Positions 47,128 through 56,707 of a stretch of 64,000 nt of DNA are shown one piece after another. A program made the translations under genes and the position numbers. The notes under the pieces were generated by a model. That model searched no databases and was not told the DNA's origin. It saw only the letters and a list, made by a program, of their open reading frames with translations. Origin of the DNA: Planctomycetota bacterium (GTDB taxonomy: Bacteria > Planctomycetota > Phycisphaerae > UBA1845); NCBI GenBank assembly GCA_024280855.1, contig JAJRPG010000018.1, positions 7,386-71,385 on the forward strand, read 5' to 3'. How positions within the stretch are numbered: position 1 is the stretch's first letter; every line of letters starts with the position of its first letter.

Positions 47128-49095
47128 CTACGGCGAAGCGTTAATTTCGATATTCACGACCGATGGTTCGTCCGACAGGTCGTCTTCAGGGTCGCGATAG
47201 TTGATAAGCCCATGCGACCGTGAGTATTGGCCATCAAATGTGCAGTAGGTTGACTCAGAGCTATAAAAATTGATCTCCTTTAGCACCGGTGGCAACTTGC
47301 CGAATGCACTCAGCAAGTGAGTGGCTATTTCCAGGTGCTTGAGATTTTTTTGCACATCTTCGACCACGAATCGTTTTTGCTTTTTGATCAATACGGCAGG
47401 AATGACTCTACTAACCTCATGCATCGCTGTCACGATCTGCGCCATCTCCCGACCAACATACCGACGGTCTGTAAACGAAAGCGATTGAACCGGCCCTTCA
47501 GGGATTAAGCCTTCGCGGAGAAATCGCTTGTTTTTCAATATCGAAGGCGCTTCGCCGCGTGCAACAGCCATGCACCGATTCACGCTCTCCATCGTGTTGC
47601 TGATGTATAACCAATTATCTGTGACGCCTATAACCGGGCTACCGATCATGGCTAATAACGGGTGCGTAACTTCGCAGCATTTACCGCAAGGCGTATCTAC
47701 TTCTCGAACAAAAACGGGCTGTCCTATCTCTCGTAATTTTTCGGTGATAAAAGTCATGGCTTGATTGACTTTTTTATAGGCCGCTTCCGGGTCTTTAACG
47801 CGGATAAACACCACGGTGTCGTGCTGCGACATCGGCGACGTTGTCGAAGCAGGGAGCGTGACAGATATGGTTTCACCACTTAACCAACTTAAAACGTCTC
47901 GATCAATATTAAAACCAATTTTTTCCTGCAGGTCGTCGAATTTAGATAGCATCTTAACGCCATTGGGTATGCGCTCAGATATGAAATGGCGTAGCAGATG
48001 GTATCCCTTGCCGACATCTACGTTGTTGTCCACGCTAAAGGAAACGGCATCAACCGGAATATATTTGTCAAAGCGATCAAAAGGACGCCGGTCGTAAATC
48101 ATACGGGTAAGCGGCGCACGCTTTTTGCCTGGCTGGATGCACATCACCGTTTGGACATGCTGCTGCATTCCGTCGGTACGAACAGACGTTATCATGTAGT
48201 CATAAATATCAACTAATTTTAGCGCAGCTTTGATAATCGGCGCAGCCGGAGAATCACTCTCCAACTTACTCTCTTTTGCCAATAGCTTCATGGCTGCGTT
48301 TCGCACGTCGTCGATCAATGTACGAGCATCGAAAAAAGTGTAACCATCTTCGGGCGCATCAACCTGCGACATGGCTTCAATAAAACGGGGGGCCTGGATG
48401 ATAGACCTTGCGCCAGGCTTGCCTCTTAATAGCGACAATACCTCTTTTCGCGCTCGCGAGCCAAGGATCAAGCCGACAATTTCATTTTTCAGAAGCAGTG
48501 TCATCTTGAAGTCGCCCGCACCAAAGTGGACGGGCTGGCTAATATGTAACAACCACTGCTCAATCCCATGTTTTCGGCTATGTGTAAGATGAATGGTATC
48601 TTGGGCGTCGGATAGTGACTGAAAAAGCTTGACCATCGTAGCCATGTTTTTCCTGGCTTTTTCAGGCGAGGACTTAGCTAGCAGCACATATTCATATTCC
48701 AATGAGCCGCGGCGCATGCGCTCTGCGATGGCTATCTCACCATTCAGTAATTCGCACCATTCGACCCCTTTTAGCAACTTGAACCATTGCCTAGGACCAA
48801 GCTCGTTTGGATTACTTTCTTTCAATTCTGTGATAGATGAAACCAAAGCTAGGAGGTCGTCATCAATGCCACTTTCGCCCAGGGCGTCCGTCACGCGTGA
48901 CCATTGGTCCCGCATCCACTGGTTTTTTTGGTTTGGTGCCGAACTAGCGACGAACCAAAAATCTGCGGGTATATATCGGGAGAGTGAAAACTGTGGCGGT
49001 AGAGGACCAGGCTCGCCAGCTAAGCAGACATTGGCCGTGCTCAGAATAAGGAGGGCTACAAGCGTATGTTTTCTAGATAACATCAAATTCCTCAA
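47128..49095 (-). CDS. Secreted hypothetical protein (DUF3352-like two-lobed architecture)
   Basis: Signal peptide; duplicated 'RYIPAD' / 'KYIPVD' starts; DVLSWLSGE motif. Confidence 0.5.
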   Translation of the reverse strand: MRNLMLSRKHTLVALLILSTANVCLAGEPGPLPPQFSLSRYIPADFWFVASSAPNQKNQWMRDQWSRVTDALGESGIDDDLLALVSSITELKESNPNELGPRQWFKLLKGVEWCELLNGEIAIAERMRRGSLEYEYVLLAKSSPEKARKNMATMVKLFQSLSDAQDTIHLTHSRKHGIEQWLLHISQPVHFGAGDFKMTLLLKNEIVGLILGSRARKEVLSLLRGKPGARSIIQAPRFIEAMSQVDAPEDGYTFFDARTLIDDVRNAAMKLLAKESKLESDSPAAPIIKAALKLVDIYDYMITSVRTDGMQQHVQTVMCIQPGKKRAPLTRMIYDRRPFDRFDKYIPVDAVSFSVDNNVDVGKGYHLLRHFISERIPNGVKMLSKFDDLQEKIGFNIDRDVLSWLSGETISVTLPASTTSPMSQHDTVVFIRVKDPEAAYKKVNQAMTFITEKLREIGQPVFVREVDTPCGKCCEVTHPLLAMIGSPVIGVTDNWLYISNTMESVNRCMAVARGEAPSILKNKRFLREGLIPEGPVQSLSFTDRRYVGREMAQIVTAMHEVSRVIPAVLIKKQKRFVVEDVQKNLKHLEIATHLLSAFGKLPPVLKEINFYSSESTYCTFDGQYSRSHGLINYRDPEDDLSDEPSVVNIEINASP

Positions 49096-49285
49096 GCGGT
49101 TTCTTGCGACTATCTACCACCTTCTACTTTAAGAGAGCGGTATCATAGACGACTTACGCCACCGTACCAGCATAGTAACGATCGGCTTTCCAAACCACAG
49201 AATACCTGTCGAATGTTGTCGGGTTTGGTCTGAAGGCAAGCCAGGACGTATTTTTGCAATTATCTGACGTTAATCTTAGTATGGA

Positions 49286-52200
49286 ATGACGGTGTTGGTG
49301 ATTCCCACTATCGCCCAGGATGCCCTATTGGGCACTTTAGTTCGGACGCTAGCTGATGTCTCACACGAGGTCGTGCAGGTTTCCGGACTGTGGGGATCGT
49401 CTGCGCTTTACGTTTGTGCGTATGCAGCAAAGCAGTCTCAATTGCCAGTTTTATACCTCACCTCGCACCTGGAAGCGGCTGATGGCGCTCGTGAAGACCT
49501 CGAACTATTCCTCGGGCGACCATGCAGATTTTTCCCCGCCTGGGAAACCCTGCCAGGAGAAGGGGCTGCCAGCGGTGAAATAAACGCCGAAAGGCTGTCG
49601 CTTTGCAGCGATTTACAACAGGCTAACAAACGTTCGTCCGGGCGCGTGCCGGATCAAAGACCTGTCATCGTCGCGCCCATCCAGGCACTGATGCAACCAG
49701 TGCCTACGCAAGCCAAGCTTGCGGGTTGCACGCTTACGCTCGGCCAAACATCTTCAAGAAAGAAACGCCCGCCCTCGCCTGAGGCGCTTATCGAGTGGGC
49801 TATCGATCACGGATTTGAGCGTCTCGATTTGGTCGAGTCTCCTGGAGATGTCGCACGGCGCGGCGATATTGTAGATGTATATTCGTTCGGAGATTCCCAG
49901 CCTGTACGCATCGAGTATTTTGGGGACGAGTTGGAATCTATCCGCAGCTTTGACGTAAGCACTCAGCGGTCATTTGAGACTTTGAAATCTTACACGGTGC
50001 GCGGGGTATACAAGCCGGACCCTCATGAACCCCAAACGCAAACTTCCTTATTGACATATCTCCCCAAAGACACGCTATTCGTACTCGACGATCCTGCGGA
50101 CATACAGGAGATGGGACAAACGCTCAAAGAGCGACTCGGAGATGCAGGCCAGCTTTTCCCGGTGACGGATTTATTGGCTGACCTCTCATCGCGTCCGCAA
50201 CTTCATCTTACCCGTTTTCAAAGTGGTCAATCTGACGATAAAACCAACTTTGCGTTTCACGTTAAGTCGCTCACGCGATTTGAATCGGACGCCGCCCATG
50301 CGGTAGCCGAAATTTGTCGCCTCAGTTATGACCATTGTGTACATATCGTTTGCGATAATGATGGCGAACGATCCCGCTTACAGGAGATGATTTTTGATAC
50401 GCTCGGCGCGAAATCTTCGCAGATAAAATTGCACATCGGAGTGATGCAAAAAGGTTTTCACTGGTCATCCACTAATACAATTGTTGTTGGCCATCATGAA
50501 CTTTTTCATCGACACCGGCAGCGCCGCCGCATTCGCAAGGATCGCCACGTCGCGCCGCTTGAATCCTGGACGGATCTCAATAAAGGAGATTTCGTCGTTC
50601 ATGTGGTGCATGGCATCGCTATTTATCAAGGTCTATCGAAATTAAAACGCAATAAAGAAGGTTGTCACGAAGAATTTCTCACCCTGGAATTTGCCGATAA
50701 CGCCATCGTTCATGTGCCCACTTCGCAGGTTGATTTGGTTCAAAAGTATATTGGCGCGGCAGGCCGTCGCCCTTCCCTTTCCAAACTTGGCGGGCGTCGT
50801 TGGCAACGGATGAAGGACCAAGCCGAGAATTCCGTGGCTGACATGGCTGAGAGTTTATTGCAGGTCCAAGCCGCTCGTGCGGATTCTCCAGGTATAGCCT
50901 ATCCGAGTGACACCACCTGGCAGCGAGAGTTTGAAGCCGCATTTATTTACGAAGAAACCGAGGATCAGCTTTCCGTAGCCGAGGAAATTCGAGGAGACCT
51001 TGTTCGTCAGCGACCTATGGACCGACTGCTATGCGGTGATGTGGGATATGGCAAAACGGAACTAGCCATGCGGGCGGCGTTTAAGGTTATCGAGTACGGC
51101 AAACAGGTCGCCGTACTCGTGCCGACCACCGTTCTCGCTGAGCAGCATTTCAAAACTTTCAAAGAACGCTTCGCCGACTACCCCTTTGCTATTGAATGCC
51201 TTTCACGATTTCGATCGGGTAAAGAGCAAAAGAAAATCGTTGAACAAATCAAGCGTGGGCAGGTCGATCTTGTCGTGGGTACGCACCGGCTGGTCAGTAA
51301 AGACATTTTTTTCAAAGACCTTGGTCTGGTAGTTATTGATGAAGAGCAGCGGTTTGGCGTTGCCCATAAAGAACGATTGAAAGCGTTGCGACATACGGTT
51401 GACATTCTCACGCTCACAGCTACGCCCATCCCGCGCACGCTGCATATGTCTATGATGGGCCTGCGCGATATTAGCTCTTTGCAGACTCCACCCGTCGATA
51501 GGCGATCTATTACGACGGAAGTTCGGGGCTTTGAGCGACAGTTGATCCGCGATGCCATCCTGAGAGAAATGAACCGCGACGGGCAGGTATATTTCATTCA
51601 TAACTTTGTGCGCAGCATCGAAACCATGGCTGATACCATCGCCTCTATCGTTCCAGAAGCTCGTATTGTTTTTGGCCATGGTCAGATGAAATCTGGTGAG
51701 TTGGAAAAGGTCATGCACAAATTTGTGCGACGCGAAGCTGACGTGCTTGTAGCTACGACCATTATCGAAAGCGGTATCGACATACCCACAGCTAATACCA
51801 TTTTTATCAACCGCGCCGAACGCATAGGCCTGGCTGACCTGCACCAACTGCGCGGTCGTGTCGGGCGCTCCGATCATCGGGCCTATTGCTATTTGCTGAT
51901 CCCCGCAGACCGGCCACCGACAGTGAAGGCCGTGAAACGACTCAAGACGATTGAAGAATTCAGCGAACTCGGCGCGGGCTTTCGCATTGCGATGCGAGAT
52001 TTAGAAATTCGTGGCGCCGGCAATATCCTAGGCGGCGAACAGAGCGGGCACATCGCAGCCGTCGGTTATGATATGTATTGCCGGTTGCTGGAAAAGGCTG
52101 TCCGCAAGAAGAAAAACGAGCCAGACCCAACCCCTCAGCCCTTACATATCGACCTGGACATCGACGCCCATATCCCGCCCAGATATGTGCAAGCCGAGCG

Positions 52201-52594
52201 GTCGAGGATCGAAATATATCGTCGCGTGGTGGGATGCGTGACACTCGTGGACTTGGAACAAATTGAGAAAGACCTTCTGGATGCGTTTGGTCCAATCCCC
52301 AAGCCCGTATCTCGTTTGATCCAATTGGCTGAAGCGAGAGTTTTGGGGCGGCGCTTTGGCATAAAGTCGATCAGCTTGCATCGTCCGGATATTGTCTTTA
52401 CAGTCGAGCAGGCAGCTCAGGCGGAGCCTCTTTTTGTAGACGCCCCTGGCACGGTGCGCATGGCTGATGGTCAGACGATCCACCTGCGTCCGCCGCCGAA
52501 TTATCTTGAGGACCAGGATACCTTACTAGCCATTTTGCGACGGATGTTGTCGCGTGGCGTTGATCGATTAGGAGCGAAGCATGAAGTCGCTTAG
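49286..52594 (+). CDS. mfd: Transcription-repair coupling factor
   Basis: VVHVVHGIA, CGDVGYGKTE, DEEQRFG, TATPIPRTL, QLRGRVGR and DLEIRGAGN motifs. Confidence 0.97.
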   Translation: MTVLVIPTIAQDALLGTLVRTLADVSHEVVQVSGLWGSSALYVCAYAAKQSQLPVLYLTSHLEAADGAREDLELFLGRPCRFFPAWETLPGEGAASGEINAERLSLCSDLQQANKRSSGRVPDQRPVIVAPIQALMQPVPTQAKLAGCTLTLGQTSSRKKRPPSPEALIEWAIDHGFERLDLVESPGDVARRGDIVDVYSFGDSQPVRIEYFGDELESIRSFDVSTQRSFETLKSYTVRGVYKPDPHEPQTQTSLLTYLPKDTLFVLDDPADIQEMGQTLKERLGDAGQLFPVTDLLADLSSRPQLHLTRFQSGQSDDKTNFAFHVKSLTRFESDAAHAVAEICRLSYDHCVHIVCDNDGERSRLQEMIFDTLGAKSSQIKLHIGVMQKGFHWSSTNTIVVGHHELFHRHRQRRRIRKDRHVAPLESWTDLNKGDFVVHVVHGIAIYQGLSKLKRNKEGCHEEFLTLEFADNAIVHVPTSQVDLVQKYIGAAGRRPSLSKLGGRRWQRMKDQAENSVADMAESLLQVQAARADSPGIAYPSDTTWQREFEAAFIYEETEDQLSVAEEIRGDLVRQRPMDRLLCGDVGYGKTELAMRAAFKVIEYGKQVAVLVPTTVLAEQHFKTFKERFADYPFAIECLSRFRSGKEQKKIVEQIKRGQVDLVVGTHRLVSKDIFFKDLGLVVIDEEQRFGVAHKERLKALRHTVDILTLTATPIPRTLHMSMMGLRDISSLQTPPVDRRSITTEVRGFERQLIRDAILREMNRDGQVYFIHNFVRSIETMADTIASIVPEARIVFGHGQMKSGELEKVMHKFVRREADVLVATTIIESGIDIPTANTIFINRAERIGLADLHQLRGRVGRSDHRAYCYLLIPADRPPTVKAVKRLKTIEEFSELGAGFRIAMRDLEIRGAGNILGGEQSGHIAAVGYDMYCRLLEKAVRKKKNEPDPTPQPLHIDLDIDAHIPPRYVQAERSRIEIYRRVVGCVTLVDLEQIEKDLLDAFGPIPKPVSRLIQLAEARVLGRRFGIKSISLHRPDIVFTVEQAAQAEPLFVDAPGTVRMADGQTIHLRPPPNYLEDQDTLLAILRRMLSRGVDRLGAKHEVA

Positions 52595-53744
52595 GTATAG
52601 TGTTACGTTGTTGTTGTGCTTAATGGCTTGTGGATGCTCATCGCTTGGCACGGGGGCAGGTGGCAAATCTATTACCCACACTGCGGATAAGAAACACGAG
52701 AGACAGCATCGTCGCGTGGCTGCCGATCGCGCGAGAGACAGCGCAGACTCGCTGCTCATTGGCGAAACGCGCATTCACGCGGACCAGTTTGGACGCGATA
52801 ACGCGAAAATCCTCACGGAGCGACGTGCCGCATTGACACCGCAGGCCTATGCCATTTTTTTACAGCGTCTCGCTGCCCAATGGCTAAACGACGCCATTTC
52901 TGAAACATTACTTTTTGAACATGCTTCAGATAAGCTGCCTGAAAAAGCGTCTGAGCAAATCGAAAAATATGTGGATGCCGAAGTCCGCAAAATTGTCACC
53001 CTTTCTCATGGAGGTAGCCAGCGCGTCTTTGAACGCCAGCTTGAGGCAGATGGCGAAACATTGGAAAACGTGCAAAAACATCTCCGGCGACAAATAGTTA
53101 TTTCCAGTTTTATTGATACGAATATCAAGTCGAAATCGACAGAGCCAACCCGTGCCCAGCTATGGCAGACCTATAAGGAATCGCAGCAGGAACTTCGTCG
53201 GCCTCCGCGCCGGCGCATGTCAATTATCGATATACGCACTTTGAATTATCTGCCAAAAGGGATTGATTCCCCCACAAGAGAAGAGCATGAAAGTGCCAAG
53301 GCTAAGGCTCGTGAAGTAGTCCGTGAAATTAAGGCAGATTTAGCGAATGGTGTATCGTTCGCCGACATGGCTAAGGTGCAAAGTCATGGCTTACATGCCG
53401 TGGACGGCGGCGCGTGGGGATGGGTTACGCCAGGCAGTGTGCGCGAACGATATGAGCCTGCGGTCGTGGCGCTATACAGCCTAAATCAAGGGTCAGTTAG
53501 CCCGGAAATAGAAGTGTCCGACGGCTATCTGCTGGTGTGTTGTGATGAAATTGATCCTGGGTACACGCCCTCTTTCGGTGATGTTCAAATTGAACTTACG
53601 GCTAAGATTTTACGCGAAAGTAATAATCGAGCGCTGATGAAGCTGGTTAATGAGCTAAGAGAAAAAGCGAAACTCGATCCTGCCGCGTTGGACAATTTTC
53701 ACCGCTACATTGTCAAACAGGAATTAGCAAACGAAGATGATTAG
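52581..53744 (+). CDS. SurA/PrsA-like parvulin PPIase lipoprotein
   Basis: Lipobox-like LMACGC; SFADMAK..S....DGGAWGW rotamase motif; overlaps the mfd end. Confidence 0.75.
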   Translation: MKSLRYSVTLLLCLMACGCSSLGTGAGGKSITHTADKKHERQHRRVAADRARDSADSLLIGETRIHADQFGRDNAKILTERRAALTPQAYAIFLQRLAAQWLNDAISETLLFEHASDKLPEKASEQIEKYVDAEVRKIVTLSHGGSQRVFERQLEADGETLENVQKHLRRQIVISSFIDTNIKSKSTEPTRAQLWQTYKESQQELRRPPRRRMSIIDIRTLNYLPKGIDSPTREEHESAKAKAREVVREIKADLANGVSFADMAKVQSHGLHAVDGGAWGWVTPGSVRERYEPAVVALYSLNQGSVSPEIEVSDGYLLVCCDEIDPGYTPSFGDVQIELTAKILRESNNRALMKLVNELREKAKLDPAALDNFHRYIVKQELANEDD

Positions 53745-53793
53745 AATGATGCGTCATACCATTAGCACCTAATAAGTGAAATTGGGGGTCATC

Positions 53794-54291
53794 ATGGACA
53801 CGAAAAAATCAAATCGCTTCTACTATACGAACGAAGTAGGTGTAAAAATTCCTAAGCCTCTGTATTACATTTCGCTGCTAGGGTTGCTAGCGATGATAGG
53901 TTTATTGCAGGGTTCATATGCCTGGCTAAGGGCGGGTGTGCCGCTATTAAATTCGATTGTAATCACATTAATTCCATTATTGGCCGGTGCGGTTTCGTTA
54001 TTTTTAATCCTTCGTATCGCGATTCATTATGATACCAAAGCAAGATTGGCCTCTAATCGACGGGATGTTTTCTCCGCGGCCGTGATGGTTGGATTGGTTA
54101 TGGCTATGTTTTTCCTGTTATTCCCATTGATGTTTCTAGGCTCAAAAAATGTGGGCATGCCATTGTGCGGGGCATGCCTGACCCTGCTGGTATATCACTG
54201 GTATCACCTCGTTGTTGCAGGAGTGGCATTCATATTATTTTCAAGCGGCGTGCTTTGGCATGTTAAACGACACACTCCCAGCGCCTCTTAG
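53794..54291 (+). CDS. Hypothetical 4-TM membrane protein
   Basis: Four hydrophobic segments. ATG 53794 follows a GGGGG RBS-like run; alternative GTG at 53776. Confidence 0.55.
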   Translation: MDTKKSNRFYYTNEVGVKIPKPLYYISLLGLLAMIGLLQGSYAWLRAGVPLLNSIVITLIPLLAGAVSLFLILRIAIHYDTKARLASNRRDVFSAAVMVGLVMAMFFLLFPLMFLGSKNVGMPLCGACLTLLVYHWYHLVVAGVAFILFSSGVLWHVKRHTPSAS

Positions 54292-54410
54292 TGGATCAGA
54301 TAGTAACGGAGGACCGAGAAACGAATTCGTTTGATCCACAGAGGCGGGCCAATTAGGCATTACGTCGCCAGCGAGAAAGGCATTCGTGGCCTGTCCCCTC
54401 GCAGTCGCCC

Positions 54411-56417
54411 TTAAGCCGTGACTGGTTCGGGGGCAATTAGCTCGCCTAAAATGCCCGCAACTTCCGGCTCACGTTCTTCGCCGAATCGTACTAACCTGGC
54501 GCTATTGAAGATGACGAAAGCTGTAGCAATTGTATGAGCGATAGCTGCGGTGATTGGCTGCAGCGGCCCCCATATAGCTAGCGTCATGGTCACCACGATG
54601 AACAGCACGCCGAAGATCACATTCTGCCAGACAATTTTTGTAGCCGCGCGAGATAGTTTAATCAAAAATGGCAGGCGACTCAGGTCATTGTTCATCAACG
54701 CGATGGATGCGGAATTTATAGCCACGTCTGACCCGGCTGCTCCCATGGCTATACCAAGGTCACTAGCCGCTAACATGGGCGCATCGTTCACGCCATCACC
54801 CACCACGCACACTCGATGACCGCGCCGTTTAAGATCGGCTACGAGGTCGAGTTTTTCTTCTGGCAACACTTCCGCCTGAACTTCCGTACAGCCCATTTCC
54901 GCGCCAACGCGCCGCGCCACAGACCACTTGTCACCTGTCACCATAGACAAATTGCCGATGTGCAACTTGCGAAGCTCATCGATAGCCTGCCGGGCTTCGG
55001 GCCGCGTGCGGTCTTCCAGGCCAATCCAGCCGAGACATTTATTGTTTTTAGCTACATAAATGATGCTCACGCCTTCAGGCTCTGCGTAATCAGCATTTTT
55101 AGTGAGACTCATGTCTACGCCCTTGTCAGCTAGCCAATTAGATCGGCCAACCAACACGTCGTCGTTGCCAAGCTTAGCCGTCACACCCAACCCGGCTGTC
55201 TCCTGGAAAGAATCCGGTCGTTTAAGATCAATTTTAGCCCGCTTCGCTACTGACACCAACGCCAGCGCCGTGGGATGCTTACTCAACTGCTCAGCCGATG
55301 CGCCAGACAGCAGCAAGTCCGCTCCGTCTACGCCCGGGGCGGGCTTCATTTGCGTTACGGACAATTCTCCAGTGGTCAGCGTGCCGGTTTTATCAAACAC
55401 GACAGCGGTTAAATTTCGAGCATATTCCAATTGCACCACGTTTTTAATCAAAATACCAAGCCTAGCCGCACAACTTAGCGCAGCGACCATGGCTGTAGGT
55501 GTAGCTAATACCAACGCACACGGACATGCAATAATGAGCATGGTAATGGCTTTGTGGATACCTTCGTCTTTGTTGTCGGAGAAGAACCAAACGATACAGG
55601 CTAACATCAACACTGTTGGCGTATACCAGCCTGCGTATTTGTCAATGAAACGCATGAGCGGAATGCGCGTTTTCTCTGCATCGAGAATAAGCTGTTGAAC
55701 ACGGCCTAGCGTAGTATCGGCGCCGGCTTTAGTAACGCGAATATCTAACGCACCAGTAAGGTTATTCGTTCCGCTAAAGACTTCGTCGCCTTGGCCTTTA
55801 TCTACAGGTATAGATTCGCCTGTGATATTGGCCTGGTTTACAGTGGACTCTCCAGTAGTCACTTCGCCGTCAGCAGGGATATTGTCGCCGGGCCTCACGC
55901 GGATGAGGTCGCCGCTGCGGAGCTCCTTAGCTTCGACAAGTTCTTCATCGCCAGAAGTCGTAATGCGATGCGCCTTCGCTGGAGTTAAACGGAGCAATGA
56001 TTCGATTGAGGCGCGAGCGCCTAAAGCAGTTCGCGTTTCGATGAGATTGGAGACCACCATGAAAAAAGCAATGATACCTGCTTCTTGATATTCGCCCAAC
56101 GCGATGGCAGCCCCGATAGCTAGGGCGACAAGTTCGTCCATATGCGTGTGCCCGTGCATCAGGCAGGTCAGTGCGTGCCAGACCAACGGGCCACCAAGTA
56201 GCAGCGCTCCCAGCAGGGCAATAATGTCGGAATAGACTGACGTCGCACTATTAGCCAAGCCATTGGACGGGGGCAATTGGAATAGGGTATGCGCGACGAT
56301 GGGGATATCGACAATAAAAGAGCTAACCACCATCATGCCGCCAAGCAGCGTTCCGATCATTAGCCAGCTGGCTTTTGCGGTTTCCGCTTCGACGTTTTGC
56401 AAATGCGAATGAGCCAT
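54411..56417 (-). CDS. P1B-type heavy-metal-translocating ATPase lacking an N-terminal metal-binding domain
   Basis: TGES, CPC, DKTGTLT, HP, TGD and GDGVNDAP motifs. Confidence 0.92.
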   Translation of the reverse strand: MAHSHLQNVEAETAKASWLMIGTLLGGMMVVSSFIVDIPIVAHTLFQLPPSNGLANSATSVYSDIIALLGALLLGGPLVWHALTCLMHGHTHMDELVALAIGAAIALGEYQEAGIIAFFMVVSNLIETRTALGARASIESLLRLTPAKAHRITTSGDEELVEAKELRSGDLIRVRPGDNIPADGEVTTGESTVNQANITGESIPVDKGQGDEVFSGTNNLTGALDIRVTKAGADTTLGRVQQLILDAEKTRIPLMRFIDKYAGWYTPTVLMLACIVWFFSDNKDEGIHKAITMLIIACPCALVLATPTAMVAALSCAARLGILIKNVVQLEYARNLTAVVFDKTGTLTTGELSVTQMKPAPGVDGADLLLSGASAEQLSKHPTALALVSVAKRAKIDLKRPDSFQETAGLGVTAKLGNDDVLVGRSNWLADKGVDMSLTKNADYAEPEGVSIIYVAKNNKCLGWIGLEDRTRPEARQAIDELRKLHIGNLSMVTGDKWSVARRVGAEMGCTEVQAEVLPEEKLDLVADLKRRGHRVCVVGDGVNDAPMLAASDLGIAMGAAGSDVAINSASIALMNNDLSRLPFLIKLSRAATKIVWQNVIFGVLFIVVTMTLAIWGPLQPITAAIAHTIATAFVIFNSARLVRFGEEREPEVAGILGELIAPEPVTA

Positions 56418-56707
56418 GCTTATGTTTCCCGTTGCCTCAGCGAGTCAATTCAATCTCACCGAGTTATGGTCTTGGCCGCTATATCGTGACGGCCTAGCCA
56501 GAAAAAGTCCTTTACGTACACACTCCCACCCCAGCATAAGTGAACTTACACTCCGGGCAGAACACAGTGTATCTGTATTGTACGAGCGGGCCAATGAATT
56601 GGTTCAAAATTGTGTAATAGAGCGTTCGCTACACGCACTCAGTGTACACATACAGGTTACCCGCTAACGGTCTCTTGCCGGCACGGTCTAAGAAAACCTA
56701 TGAAAGC

